The translations under genes were made by a program, and so were the position numbers. A model generated the notes under the pieces. That model was given only the letters and a program-made list of their open reading frames with translations. It was not told the origin of the DNA and did not search any database. Shown here piece by piece: positions 1 through 12,730 of a DNA stretch of 64,000 nt. Source of the DNA: Mobula hypostoma (taxonomy: Eukaryota); NCBI RefSeq assembly GCF_963921235.1, contig NC_086108.1, positions 1,860,001 through 1,924,000 of the forward strand. Reading direction: 5' to 3'. Every line of letters starts with the position of its first letter. The first letter of the stretch is position 1.

Positions 1-833
1 TGATGAGTCTGCATACAGACGGGTGGTGGAACGGCTGGCCCTCTGGTGTGGTCAGAACAATCTGGAGCTAAATACGCTCAAGACTGTGGAGATGACGGTG
101 GACTTCAGGAGCAGCCCCCCACCCCAATACTCCCCCCACTCACTACACTCAACAGTATTGTGTCTGCTGTGGAGACCTTCAGGTTTCTGGGTGTCACAAT
201 CTCCCAGGACCTGAAGTGGACACCCAACGCGGACACTCTTATCAAAAAGGCTCAGCAGAGCTTGTATTTCCTACGTCAACTCAGGAAGTACAACCTGCCT
301 CAGGAGTTGCTGATTCAATTCTATTCAGGAATAATCCAGTCTATTCTCTGTTCGTCCATCACTGTCTGGTTCGGGTCAGCTACCAAACAAGACAAGAATA
401 AACTCCAAAGAACCGTCAGGGCTGCGGAAAGGATTATTGGTGTGAAGCTGCCCTCGATCCAGGACTTATATGCATCTAGAGTCAGGAAGCGAGCAAGCAG
501 CATCATTGTAGACCCATCACACCCTGGACATTACCTGTTCCAACTCCTTCCTTCTGGTAGGCACTTTAGATCACTGTATGCCAGGACAAATAGGTACAAG
601 AACAGTTTCTTTCAGTATGCCATCAGTCTTATGAACACTTGAATTTTAGTCTATTATAAACCAAGTCCACCTGTACATACACAGGTATACCTCATTGTAT
701 ATAGTTCACAATTATTTGCACTATTGTTTTGTTTGCTTTTTGATTCTGTACAGCGAGAGCTCAGGGAAACCGGCATCAAATTCCCTGTATGTGTCCACAT
801 ACTTGGCGATAATAAAGGATTCTGATTCTGATT
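1..833 (+). mobile_element. Rex1/Babar-type LINE, 3' portion
   Basis: ORFs 23-214 and 46-642 (..FRFLGVTISQDLKW..KKAQQSLYFLRQLRK..HPGHYLFQLLPSGR..); ends AATAAA plus (GATTCT)n tail at about 811-833. Confidence 0.85.
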
Positions 834-1222
834 ACTGCCCATTATGCCACTGGCATTTAGGACAGTGATGAAGGTCCTTCATCTCAGGCAGTGTTCAAGG
901 TTTCCTCTTGTTTTTCACTACTGTCAGTCACGCAAGTCCCAGCTGGAGACTCAGGAATACCGTCACACTCAGATGTAGAAGAATTCTTTATTGTTGTTTC
1001 TGTAACAACTTTTTTCTGACCAGTCAGGGTTGTTAGCTCTAAGCTGAACCTCCAAGCCTGAAGGACTACTCTTAGTCTGGCCTCTACCCTTTGACCTGTT
1101 TGGCATGGGTGACCTTACCAAGAGCCAAAGCATAAAGCCCTGACTCCAGCCAACATAGCTCTCCAGGTCATTGAGACATGCAAGCCTCCAAAACCGTCGA
1201 TAAGTTTGTGGTCCTCTTGGAA
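834..1222 (-). mobile_element. RTE-like non-autonomous repeat (related copies about 35310-35700 + and 59128-59632 +)
   Basis: Three copies share GGCTCTTGGTAGGGTCACCCATG..GGGCTAACAACCCTGACTGG..GAAGAATCCTTCTACATCTGAGTG. The RTE assignment is from memory. Confidence 0.55.
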
Positions 1223-1929
1223 ATATCTACGATTCACCTACAAGACAATAGTCGGCTTTCTTCTGGAACTTTCGGTTAATGTTTTAAAAGCACATTAGGA
1301 AAGTAAACACCTGAAGAAGGGTCTCAGCCCGAAACGACGGCTATTTATTCTTTTCCACAGATGCTGTCTGACCCGCTGAGTTCCTCCAGCATTTTGTGGG
1401 TGTAGCCTCCCATTGTGAATCATACAAGATTGCTTTTACTTATTTGGAGATACAGCATGGAACAGGGCCTTCCGGTCCGATGAGCCACACTGCCCAGCAA
1501 CCCACCTATTTAACACCGGCCCAATTTACAATGACCAATTAGCCTACTAACTGCTACGTCTTTGGAATGTGGAAGGAAACCAGAGCACCAGGAGGAAACG
1601 AAGGGGTTATGGGAGAAAACATACAAACTCCTTACAGACAGTGCCATGACTGAACTCTGAACTCCAGGATGCCCCGAGCTGTAAGAGCATTGTGCTAAAA
1701 TTGTAAGTTTACACAACAGATAAACTGACAGCCAAGATTTCTGAGATGTACCTATGTAACCCAACAAAACGATTACTTTGCTCAGCCTTCAACTGGTCAC
1801 AAATTTTATGTAGACCAAGATTTCCCCAACAATCTTTTAATGCCGTGGACCCCCACCATTAACTGAGGGATCCATGGATGCCAGATTGAGAACCCCTGAT
1901 GTATATTAAAGTAGCAAGATTGATACAGT

Positions 1930-2430
1930 TTCTCCTGGCCTCCTCTACATCAATGAGACCCAACATAAATTGGGGGATTGCTTCACTGAGCAGAGAAGCA
2001 ACAAGTATTCCATCTGGGTAACCTCCAACCTGATGTCATGAATATTGATTTCTCCTTCCAATGAACAAATTCCCCTCCTCTTCCTCTATTCCCCACTATG
2101 ACCTTTCACTTCTTCTCATCAGCCTTTTACTTCCCCCGGGTCCCCACCTCCTTCTCTTCCTCCTATTGTCCACTCTCCTCTCCTATCATTCTTTCCTCTC
2201 CAGCCCATTACCTTTCCCACCCACGTGGCTTCACCTATCACCTTCAGTCTACTTGCCCTCCCCCCACTTTTTATTTTGGCATCTTCCCCCTTCCCTCTCA
2301 CTCCTGAAGAAGGGTCTCAGCCTGAAATGTTGACTGTTTGTTCCTTTCCAGATATTCTGCCTGACCTACCGAGTTCCTCCAAAATTTTGTGTGGGTTGCT
2401 CTGGATTTCCAACATCGGCATTTTGCTGTG
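1930..2430 (+). mobile_element. Penelope-like element 3' fragment (GIY-YIG remnant, pseudo-LTR, hammerhead motif)
   Basis: LLYI(N)ET..LGDCFTE and LGNLQPDVMNIDF remnants, a pyrimidine tract, then CTGAAGA-AGGGTCTCAGCCT-GAAATGTT at about 2304-2331. Confidence 0.75.
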
Positions 2431-2520
2431 ATTGTGATTTACAGTTTCTAATACATTTTCCTAATTTAATGAAAGGAGATTATTTTCCGTGCTGTGACTG
2501 AGTAGAGGGGGCAGTAAATA

Positions 2521-3078
2521 CAGGTATGCGTCACTTAATGTCCACAATACATTCTGTGAAACCGACGTTACGTGAATTGGACGTTGTGCGAACACCATAT
2601 TATATACTTAGCAAACCTATCTGGAGTACTGTAGTGTACCTGTATTGACTAAATAGCCGAGAACTTACTCTAAAACTGTATTCTGTACACTATAATACAC
2701 ACATACACGATAATTTTTTTATTTCATTTTAACCTTTTTAATTTTTTTCCTTTTTAAACTTTTATGTAAACACTTCCTTAGGCTGTATCACACACAATTT
2801 ATCAAAGATGATCAGGATCATCCACGTCCCTGTTCTCAGCTTCCTCATAATGTTCTACTGGTACAGTTTCAGGTCGAATAACCTGCGTCTGGAAGCCATG
2901 ATGCACTTTACGGTAATATTTTCAGAAGAAAATTAAACAGAGAGATAACGCTACTACACTCAAGAGACGTGCGATACACGAGATTGGTTACATCCGCCAC
3001 GTCACGTTCTCCAATCGGGACTACGGACGTATATGCGATTGGACGTTGTCGAAATGGACGTTAAGCTGCGCACACCTG
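2521..3078. mobile_element. Tigger/pogo-like non-autonomous DNA transposon
   Basis: TIRs CAGGTATGCGTCACTTAATGTCC and GGACGTTAAGCTGCGCACACCTG, flanked by TA on both sides. Confidence 0.75.
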
Positions 3079-3206
3079 TACTTGAAATCACTCAAAATGA
3101 TCACCCAAATTATAAATGTCACGTCAGCTCAATAACCGTAACTTCACCCTATTCTTTTTAGTTCCACACAGATTTTCCTGCTTTGACTGGTCAGAGTGGT
3201 TGAAGC

Positions 3207-3735
3207 AATCCACGGCCTCCTCTACTGCCAGGATGAGGCCACATTCAGGTTGGAGGAGCAACACCTTATATTCTGTCTGAGTGGCCTCCAACCTGACAGC
3301 ATGAACATTGATTTCTCTTTCTGGTAAAAAAAAAAATTCCTCCCCCTTCACCATTCCCCATTCATGTCTTACTTGCCCGTCACCTCCCCCTGGTGCTCCT
3401 CTCCTTCCCTTTCTTCCACAGTCTCCTGGCCTCTCCTATCAGATTCCCTCTTCTCCAGCCCTCTATCTCTTTCACCAATCAACTTCCCAGTTCTTTACTT
3501 CACTCCCCTTCCCCTCTCTCTGAGTTTCACCTATCACCTGCCACCTTGTACTTCTTCCTCCCCTCCCCCCACCTTCTTACTCTGACTACTCCCCACTGCC
3601 TTTCCAGTCCTGAAGAAGGGTCTCGGCCAGAAACATCCACTGTTAACTCTTTTCCGTAGATGTTGCCTGACCAGCTGAGCTCCTCCAGCATTTTGTGCGA
3701 GTTGCTTTGGATTTCCAGCATCTGCAGAATCTTGT
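3207..3735 (+). mobile_element. Penelope-like element 3' fragment with hammerhead motif
   Basis: HGLLYCQDEATFRLEEQHLIFCL..QPDSMNIDF (GIY-YIG C-terminus); CAGTC-CTGAAGA-AGGGTCTCGGCCA-GAAACATC at about 3605-3640. Confidence 0.8.
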
Positions 3736-4366
3736 ATTTGTACAGTTTAAGATTCTTAATATTGAGAACACTTCTGGGAAAGCCTTTAATGAGGGACTTT
3801 AGATAGGCTTGAATCAGTGATAAGTTACTAACCGATTGCTGCACATTAAAAAGTCTTTGAAGAAGACCTGTAGGACACTAAGGCTGCTCTACCAGATTTT
3901 TCTGGCATCCTGATAACTAATTCCCAATATAGTGCTGGATCTAATCAAGTTAGTTCAGAGCTGCTGCTGAACTAGAGGTCAGAAGAAGAATCTCATGGTA
4001 TACATACTTTGATAATGAATGTACTTTGAACTTTGAATAAGTTAAAGGTGAAAGGTAAAATATTTAAAGAGAATCTAGGGTGGAACATGTTCACTCACAG
4101 AGGGTGGTGAGAGTGTGGAACGAGCTGCCAGCAGAAGAGGTGGATGTGGGTTCAACTGCAACATTCAAGACAAGTTTGTATAAGTATATGGATGGGAGGG
4201 GAGTGGAGGGCGATGATCCGGATGCTGGGTCAATGGGACTAGGCAGAATAACAGTTCAACGCTTAATGGTATGGTTGGGAACCCCTGTTATAAAGGATCA
4301 GATACTTTTACAACTGCTTCTGACAAAAAATTTAACTGCATGACATAATTAAGGATATATTGGTAC

Positions 4367-4680
4367 GGCAGTATAGTGGTTAGCGCCAGCAATTACTGAT
4401 GAGGGTTCGATAGTTGCCATTGTCTACAAGGAGTTTCTACTTTCTCCCCATGACCACATGGGTTTCCTCTGGGTGCTCCGGTTTCCTCCCACATTCTAAA
4501 ACTGTACTGTTAGGATTAGGGATCGTGAGTTGTGGGCATGCTACGTTGGTGCCAGAAGCACGGTGACACCTGCAGACTGCCCCCAGCACGTCCTCGGACT
4601 GTGCTGGCCTTTGATGCAAAACGACACATTTTACTGTATGTTTCGATGTGTACGTGACTAATAAAGCTAATCTTTATTCC
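4367..4680 (+). mobile_element. V-SINE (HE1-like, tRNA-derived). Further copies about 1438-1697(-), 5570-5950(+), 7440-7710(-), 7918-8180(+), 10648-10912(-), 18835-19090(-), 22253-22478(+), 60670-60920(+).
   Basis: tRNA-like head with GGTTCGA/GGTTCAA B-box; central V-domain GGGTTTCCTCYGGGTGCTCCGGTTTCCTCCCACA shared by the copies. Confidence 0.75.
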
Positions 4681-5322
4681 TTACGCAACGCATACAAAAT
4701 CTAGGTCACGTTGCATTTTTCAAGTCTGTTAATTTGTACACACATATAATTGCCTTCAAGTTCAACCCTACATCCCCATTGTGAGAGGTGGAAACAGGCA
4801 AGACCAGCCATGAGGCTCTGGTGAAGCTGTATAGGCCAATCCCCTGTACAGTGGATACAATGGATTAAAGAAACATTGATCAACTCCAACTATACCATCG
4901 AGTTCAGAAGACAATGGAGACGAGAGGTCATCGATGGCCTACGCTCCACTGAATGCCAAGGGCCAAAGGTGATGAGGAAGGCACATAATATGCCTGCAAC
5001 ACACAAACTGCTGCAGGAACTCAAGTCAGGCAGCATCTGTAGAAGAGAATAAACAGTCAACATTTCAGCCAAGGCCCTTTAGCAGGGCTGGAAAGAAAGG
5101 GAGAAGAAGCAGAATAAGATGGTGAGGGAGGGGAAGGAGGATAGCTGGAAGGTGATACATGAGATCAGGTGAGGGGGAAGGTTGGTCTGGCGTGATTTTG
5201 GAGATTTTCACTGGTCTCCCCATAACGATCGCCTGTGAACACATTTTAATCAGTTGGTTTCAGTCAGCTGAAGGCGGCATGCAACTTGAATGAAAAATTC
5301 TGCTGAGGTTCTTCCAACCTAC

Positions 5323-5483
5323 CTGTCAAACTCTACGGAGTAGATGAGGATAAGGTAGCGTTTACTGTTGAGCGTCCCCGATTTGGGTGGTGGCACTTGC
5401 CTCATTCCAACTCCTGTTTTGCGGTTTCTTAGCAGCTCTAGGTCAGAGTAAGTCAGCAGATCAAGGGTCACCGATTCACTGCT
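5323..5483 (-). CDS. CCDC61: CCDC61 internal coding exon (161 nt). The next exon was not found, so the gene is truncated at the left edge.
   Basis: ttccttcag|SSESVTLDLLTYSDLELLRNRK..LNSKRYLILIYSVEFD-AG|gtagg, matching the conserved CCDC61 SESVTLDLLTY..KRYLILIYSVEFDR segment. Confidence 0.95.
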
Positions 5484-5641
5484 CTGAAGGAAGATAAAGC
5501 CCAAAATCAGTGCGAATACCATCCCAACCTGCAGCAGGCACCTGAGTTCAGATTTCACAAATTACACACTGATGCAACACCAGAGACCTGGGTTTGATCC
5601 TGACCTCTGCTGCTTTCTCCGTGGAGTTTGCACGTTCTCCA

Positions 5642-5832
5642 TATGGTTGTGTGTGTTCCCTCCCACTGCCCAAAGACATATGGGTCGATGGGTTAACGGC
5701 CTAATTCAAACTTCCCCGGGCAGCTAAAGACATGTGGGTCGATGGGTTAACTGCCCAATTTAAACTTCCCCAGGCCGTTAACCCATCGACCCGCATGTCT
5801 TTGGGCAGTGGGAGGAAGCACACACAGCCATA
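5642..5832. repeat. Local direct plus inverted duplication inside a V-SINE
   Basis: 5642-5702 is the reverse complement of 5772-5832 (5 mismatches in 61 bp); 5672-5717 is repeated directly at 5726-5771. Confidence 0.85.
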
Positions 5833-6049
5833 CTCCTAGTGTATGGGTATGTGGTAGATTGCGATGGGAGCTGACAGAACATCAGGAGAATGGCACTAAT
5901 GTAGGATCTGTGTCATTGGTTGGTAAAGGGCCGGTCTCTGTGCAGTATTTTTACAAGTGCTGTTTCCCATTTTAAAAAGGGATGGAAACAAACAAAAAGG
6001 GATAATTAGACTAACATTTATTGGTGGAGAAATAAAGATTAAATTCAGT

Positions 6050-7440
6050 AAAGAAGAAAGGAAAGTATAGGCCACCAGTTAGTCTGACCTCAGTAGTTGC
6101 CAAGATGTCAGAGTCAATTATTAAGGATGAGGTTCCAAACAGCAATTTCCTGTATGCATGGACAACAGGAGCTACTACCTTATATATATGAATTTTGTGT
6201 ACACCAAGCAAGCATCCGAAGTCAGTGTGAGGGCTAAACACAGAGAGTAAATGCACCACGAGCAATAAAGAAAGAGAGAGTAGGTTCCAGTGGAGAGAAG
6301 CTGCTGGCCTGAGAGCACATTGTGTCCTGAAGCTGCCGTTGTTCACTGAATCCACCAAGAGAGATTCAGCTGAGAGTCAGAAAAATTTGGTCATGGATAA
6401 GTTAAGTCCTCCCGCACCTATGCAGCTTACCAGCAACCTAACTGATACTGTAACTGGAAATGCTTCAAACAGCAATTCAATGGTTGCACACCCTCAGGTC
6501 GAGCTGAAGTCATTGCTGGACAGTCCCAAATAAAGATGTGTTAGTCTTTACCCAAGCTAAGTTTGTCTTTTATCAAGAACAAACATAACACGGTTTCCTT
6601 AAGGGAAATCTCCAAGCTCAAAGATGTTCAAAGCCATGACTTCTAATAAATGTGCTAGCATTTTTAACCACACTGTTTGTCTTTATTAAGAACAAACATA
6701 ACAAGGAACTCAGCAGTACATCACAAAATAGGCTGTAGTCAGCATGGTTTCCATAAGGGAAATAATTGCCTGACAAAATGTTGCAATTCTTTGAAGAAAT
6801 AACAAGCAGAATAGACAAAAAGTCAATGGATGTTGTTTACTTGGATTTTCAGAAAGCCTTTGACAAGGTGCCACACACGAGGTTGACAAACAAGATAACA
6901 GCCCATAGTATTATAGGAAAGATTCTAACATGGATAGGGCATTGGCTGATTGGCAGGAGGCAAAGTGTGGGAATAAAGGGAACTTTTTCTGGTTGACTGC
7001 CGGTGACCAGTGGTGTTCCACAGGGGTCTGTGTTGGGACTTCTTTTTACGTTATTTGTCGATGATTTAGATAACACAATTGTTGGCTTTGTGGCCAAGTT
7101 TGAAAACAACGCAAAAATAGGTGGAGGACCAGGTAGTGTTGAGGAAGCAGAGAGACTACAGAAGGACTTAGACAGATTAGGATAATGGGGAAAGAGAAGG
7201 CAGATAGTATGCAGATGGAGAAAATTCAAAAATCAGAGGTGCAAAGGGTCTTGGATTCCCTAAAGGTTAATTTGGGTGGATTTCAGGCAGAGGTTGATAG
7301 GTCCTTGATTAGTCAGGGCACAAAAGGATATAGGGAGAAGGCAGAAGAATGGGGTTGAGCGGAAACGGATTAGCCATGATGAAATGGTGAAAAAGACTCG
7401 ATAGGCTGAATGACCTAATTCTGCTCCTATGTCTTACGAT
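6050..7440 (+). mobile_element. Degenerate, interrupted CR1 LINE (RT fragments and 3' end)
   Basis: DVVYLDFQKAFDKVPH and SGVPQGSVLG motifs in ORFs 6766-6996 and 7003-7185. Confidence 0.8.
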
Positions 7441-8220
7441 TAAAGATGAGCTTTATTTGTCACATGTACATCAAATCATACAGTGAAATGCCTTGTTTTG
7501 TGTCAACGACTGATACAGTCTGAGGGTTGTGCTGGGGGCAGGCCCACAAGTGTCGGCACGCTTCCGGTGCCAACATGCTTTCTGCGACTCTTAATTGTAT
7601 GTCTTTGGACTGTGGGAAGAAACCGGAGCTACTGGGGGAAAACCCTGCTGCCACAGGGAGCACGCACAAATCCTTGCAGAGTAAAGCAATTATGCTAGCC
7701 ACCTCGCTATCGTGCCATGAGGAATATTGGAACCAATTGTTAAGGAAGTAATAGCAGCTACAAACAACCTGCTGGAAGAACACGGCAGGTTGAGCAGCGT
7801 CTGTGCAGGATGGGGGAAGGAACTGTTGATGTTTTGGTTTGAAACCCTGTATCAGGATCGAGCGTGGAGAGCTGAGGAAACCCAACTACAGGAACACTTT
7901 TGTTCAAAAATTAATCGTGGCACAGCAGCATAGCGCTTTAAAGTGCCAGCGACCCCGGTTCAATTCCTGCCACTGCCTGTAAGGAGATTGTACGTTCTCC
8001 CTGTAACCAAGTGGGTTTGCTCTGGGTGCTCTGGTTTCTTCCCACAATCCAAAGACATACCAGTTGGTAGGTTAATTGGTCAAAGTAAATTGTCCCGTGA
8101 TTAGGTTAGAGTTAAATTGGGGGTTGCTGGGTGGTGTGGCCCAGAAAGGCCTACTCTGCACTATCTCAACAAATAAATAAATGGAAAGCAGTCAGCTTCA
8201 TTAAGAGGAAATTGTGTCTA

Positions 8221-8309
8221 CAACACACAATAAATGCTGGAGGAACTCAGCAGGCCAGACAGAATTTTGTGTATGTCACTTTGGATTTTCAGCATCAGCA
8301 TTCTTGTGT
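8221..8309. mobile_element. Internally deleted fold-back Penelope-derived insertion
   Basis: Opposed pseudo-LTR ends; TSD TTGTGTCTA at 8212-8220 and 8310-8318. Confidence 0.6.
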
Positions 8310-9177
8310 TTGTGTCTAACAAATTTATTTTTAAGTTTTTTCTTTCAGAAGTTTTGACCAAAATAGAGAAGAAAACCAGCAAATGTATTGCATTTGAACT
8401 TCCAGGAAGCATTCAGTAAGTGTCCTGCAAAAAGTCATGAAATAATAGCTCAAATTGTTGGTGAAAACATTCTGACTATCAGTGGGGAGTAGTGAGCAGC
8501 GATAAGGGGCCCTTTTCAGCTTGGCAACCTGTGACGAGGTTGCCACACAAGGGGTAGCCCACAGAATCACTTATAAAACCAAAACTGTTTCAGCAGGTTA
8601 TGTACAGAAACCAAGTTTGCAAATACCACAAAAATAAATGGGAAGTTGTGAGAAGGATACAGTTCATAGACTGTATTGGTAAGTTAGATGAGTGGGTAAA
8701 AAGTTAGCAAATGGAAAGGGGAAATAGAATGTGAAATTCATTTGGGAAGAAACTACAGAATAAACTATTCTTTTGAATTTTTTCCAGTGACATGGGAGTC
8801 TAGAACTAGAGGCACAGGAAATGCAAATGAAACCGAGGTCATAGGTTTTCCCCATACATAAAGTTCAGAGTTCAAAGTCAATTTTATTATCAAAGTAATA
8901 TATATCACCATATACAACCCACAGATTCATTTTCCTGCAGGCATACTCAGCAAATCTTTAGAATAGTAACTATAACAGGATCAATGAAAGATCAACCAGA
9001 GTGCAGAAGATCACAAACTATGCAGATATAAATAAATAACAAAAACATGAAAGTGAGATAATTAGCTGTGGGAACATTTCAACGATAGGGCAAATGCAGT
9101 TATCCCTTCTATTCAAGAGCCTGATGGTTGAGGGGTAGTCACTGTTCCTGAACCTGGTGGTGCGAATCCCGAGGCTC

Positions 9178-10440
9178 CATGGCTTTGTCAAAGGCAGGTA
9201 GTGCCTTACTAGACTGATTGAATTTTTTGAGGGCGTGACTAAACACATTGATGAAGGCAGAGCAGTAGATGTAATGTATCTGGATTTTCAGCAAGGCACT
9301 TGACAAGGTACCCCATGCAAGGCTTATTGAGAAAGTAAGGAGGCATGGGATCGAAAGGGACCTTGCTTTATCGATCCAGAATTGGCTTGCCAACAGAAGG
9401 CAAAGAGTGGTTGTAGACGGGTCATATTCTGCATGAAGGTTGGTGACCAGTGGTGTGCCTCAGGGATCTGTTCTGAGACCTCTTCTCTTCGTGATTTTTA
9501 TAAATGACCTGGATAAGGAAGTGGAGGGATGGGTTAGTAAATTTGCTGATGACACAGAGGTTGGGGGTGTTGTGGACAGTGTGGAGGGCTGGCAGAGGTT
9601 ACAGCGGGACATTGATAGGATGCAAAACTGTGCTGAGAAGTGGCAGATGCAGTTCATCCCAGATAAGTGTGAGATGGTTCATTTTGGTAGGTCAAATATG
9701 ATGGCAGAATATAGTACTAATGGTAAGACTCTTGGCAGTGGGATCAGAGGGATCTTGGGATCTGAGTCCATAGGACACTCAAAGCTGCTGTGCAGGTTGA
9801 CTCTGTGGTTAAGAAGACGTACGGTGCATTGGCTTTCATCAACCAAGGGGCTGAGATCAAGAGCAGAGAGGTAATGCTACAGCTGTATAGCACCCTGATC
9901 AGACCCCACTTGGAGTACTGTGCTCAGTTCTGGTCACCTATCTACAGGAGGGATGTGGAAACTATAGAAAGAGTGCAGAGAAGATTTACAAGAATGTTGC
10001 CTGGATTAGGCAGCATGCCTTAGGTTGAGTGATCTTGGCCTTTTCTCCTTGGAGTGATGGAGGATGAGAGGTGACCTGATAGAGCTGTATAAGATGGTGA
10101 GAGGCATTGATCGTGTGGATAGTCAGAGGCTTTTTCCCAGGGCTGAAATGGCTAGCACGAGAGGGCACAGATTTAAGGTGCTTGGAAGTAGGTACAGAGG
10201 AGATGTCAAGGGTAAGTTTTTTTTATGTAGAGAGTGGTGAGTCTGTGGAATGGGCTGCTGGCGACTGTGGTGGAGGCGGATATGACAGGGTCTTTTAAGA
10301 GGCTCCTGGATGGGTACATGGAGTTTAGAAAAATAGAGGGCCTTGGGTAACCCTAGGTAATTTCTAAACTAAGTACATGTTCGGCACAGCATTGTGGGCC
10401 AAAGGGCCTGTATTGTGCTGTAGGTTTTCTATGTCTCTAT
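9178..10440 (+). mobile_element. CR1 LINE, 5'-truncated and frameshifted (same subfamily at about 18170-18445 and 21050-22250)
   Basis: GVPQGSVL..KFADD..RPHLEYCAQFWSP; tail TTTTCTATGTCTCTA. Abuts a Rex1 3' fragment at about 8862-9177(-). Confidence 0.88.
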
Positions 10441-11277
10441 TAGAGCTGCTCTTCATGGGTTTAATTAAGGCCTCAAAAACAACATGTGTGGATATTATCC
10501 TTGTGACTGAGTAAGTCTCCTCCAGCTGCCCTGGTTTCCTCCCATGTCCCACAGCTTTGCTGGTAGGTTAACCGGCCTGCATGTTATTCTTTGGGTGATC
10601 AGTGAAGTAGCAAAAAAAGGAATCAAATGGGAGTTGATGGGCACAAGTTATTTATTGAGATACAAAGCGGAATAGGCCCTTCCGGCCTTTGAAGCCACAT
10701 CCCCCAATTTTGAATCCTAGCCTAATCGCAGGACAATTTACAATACCCAATTAACCCATAAACCGGTCCGTCTTTGGACAGTGGGAGGAAACAGGAGCAC
10801 CTGGAGGAAACCCACGGGATCACAGGGAGAATGTAGCAACTCCTTACAGGCAGCAACAGGAACTGAACCTGGTCATCAGTCCCGTTATGTTTGTGCTAAC
10901 CACTACACCGTGCTGTCAAGAGTTTCAGAAACAGAGCTGAATGAAAATATTGGATGAAGTTCTATCACTCTTTCTTTGACTTTAAGTGCATTTTAGTTGA
11001 CTGTACTTCTGTGAGGAATTTTGGGCTCTTTCTCAGTAGAGCCCAGGAAAAGCAGAGCAAGAATGGGACTAGTGAAATTGCTCTGTAAGGAGCCAATATA
11101 AACGAAGTGGCTCAAATCACTTTCTGTGTAATAAGTAAGGATGTTGGCAGGACTAAAATATTTTGTTTTGTGGAAACACCGGCCAGGTGGGGTTGTTCTA
11201 TTTCGAGCAGAAGAAGCTGATATGAGATTTAATTAACATGTATTGTATCTTGGAGGGCTAAGATAAAGTGAATGGAA

Positions 11278-11815
11278 AGGTGCAGTTTTGGGCCCCATGT
11301 CTAAGAAAGGATATGCTAACATTGGAGAGGGCCGAGAGGAAGTTTATCAGAATGATAATGGGAATGAAGGGGTTAATATATGAAGAGCATTTAATGACTC
11401 TGGGTCTGTACTCACTGAAATTCAGAAAAATAAGGGGGAGGAGATCTCATTAAAGCCTACTGAACACTGAAAGACCTAGTGGATGTGGAGAGTATGTTTC
11501 CTATAGGGGGAGAGTCTAGGACCAGAGGGCACAGCCTCAGAATAGAAGGACATCCCTTTAGAAGAGAGATGAGGAGGAATTTCTTTAGCCAGAAGTGGTA
11601 AATCTGTGGAATTCATCACCACAGATGGCTGTGGAGTCCAAGTCATTAGGTATACTTATAAAGTGGAGATTGATAGGTTCTTGATTAGTCAGGACATCAA
11701 AGGTTTTGGGGAGACGGCAGGAGAATGGGGATGAGAGGGATAATAAATCAGCCACGTCAGAATGGTGGAGCAGACCCAATGGCCAAATGGGTTCATTCTG
11801 CTCCTATGTCTTATT
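11278..11815 (+). mobile_element. CR1 LINE 3' fragment
   Basis: VQFWAPCLRKDMLTLE..LGLYSL followed by a CR1-type 3' UTR. Confidence 0.8.
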
Positions 11816-11858
11816 GATTTCTTTCCCTTAAAAAGGTTAACAGTACAGATTTGCTCAT

Positions 11859-12037
11859 CAAAGTTGCTGGAGAACGCAGCAGGCCAGGCAGCATCTCTAG
11901 GAGGAGGTCCTGACAAAGGGGCTTGGCCCGAAACGTCGACTGTATCTCTTCCTATAGATGCTGCCTGGTCTGCTGCGTTCACCAGTAACTTTAATGTGTG
12001 TTGCTTGAATTTCTAGCATCTGCAGATTTCCTCATGT
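11859..12037. mobile_element. Fold-back Penelope-derived insertion with hammerhead-like motif
   Basis: Inverted pseudo-LTR arms; TSD GTACAG(A/G)TTTGCTCAT at 11843-11858 and 12038-12053; motif CTGACAA..GGCCCGAAACGTCGAC. Confidence 0.8.
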
Positions 12038-12167
12038 GTACAGGTTTGCTCATTGCATCTTTGTGTGATTTGAAAGCAAAAACACTGGTAAAAAAGTGAA
12101 ATAAAAACAGAAAATTCTAGAAACAGGAACCAGTTTAAGACAGAGAAGCAATGGATGTTTTATCTAC

Positions 12168-12250
12168 CTTTGTGATGGCTGACTCCAACATGTTGCAGAA
12201 AATGGAGAACTGTTTGAAATTCCCGGTTTTGTGTGTGACATCCTCAATAT
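12168..12250 (-). CDS. CCDC61: CCDC61 internal coding exon (83 nt), absent from the ORF track
   Basis: Minus strand cag|AT ATT GAG GAT GTC ACA CAC AAA ACC GGG AAT TTC AAA CAG TTC..ACA AAG|gta = (Y)IEDVTHKTGNFKQFSIFCNMLESAITK, the CCDC61 IEDLTHKTGNFKQF motif. Phases 1 and 0 fit both neighbouring exons. Confidence 0.95.
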
Positions 12251-12339
12251 CTGCGACAGAGCAATAAGACAGACCTTCAGTTAGATAGTAGTAAATTTTT
12301 CCCACAAAAGGTTCAGCCTCCTCCCCCTTTTCCCAATAA

Positions 12340-12730
12340 TGGTTTGTTCGTTATGTGCTGTGTCGTGTGACATTGTCAATCACAGTCTTTCCATGACCAT
12401 GATTGGTCTTGATAAATTTTTTTACACAAGTTGTTTGCCATTGCCTTCTTCTGGACAGTATCTCTACAAGACAGGCAACCCCAGCCATTATCAATACTCT
12501 TCAGAGATTGTCTGCCTGGTGTCACTGGGCGCTAAACCAGGACTTGTGAGATGCACCAGCTGCTCATACGACCATCTACCACCTGCTCCCATGGCTTCAC
12601 GTGACCCTGATCGGGGGGGGGAGGGGGCACTAAGCAGGTATTACACCTTGCCCAAGGGTGACCTGAAGGTCAGCATAGGGAAGGAGAGCCTTACACCTTT
12701 TTTGGTAGAGATGTATCTCCATCCCACCAG
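12340..12730. mobile_element. Interspersed repeat, RTE/BovA-like motif (second copy about 46680-47000)
   Basis: Two copies share TTTGCCATTGCCTTCTTCTGG..CACCAGCTGCTC..CCATGGCTTC..TTGGTAGAGATGTATCTCCA. Confidence 0.55.

Noticed and set aside
4367..4430. tRNA genes at SINE heads
   Set aside because: Degenerate A/B-box heads that continue into the V-domain; no full cloverleaf.
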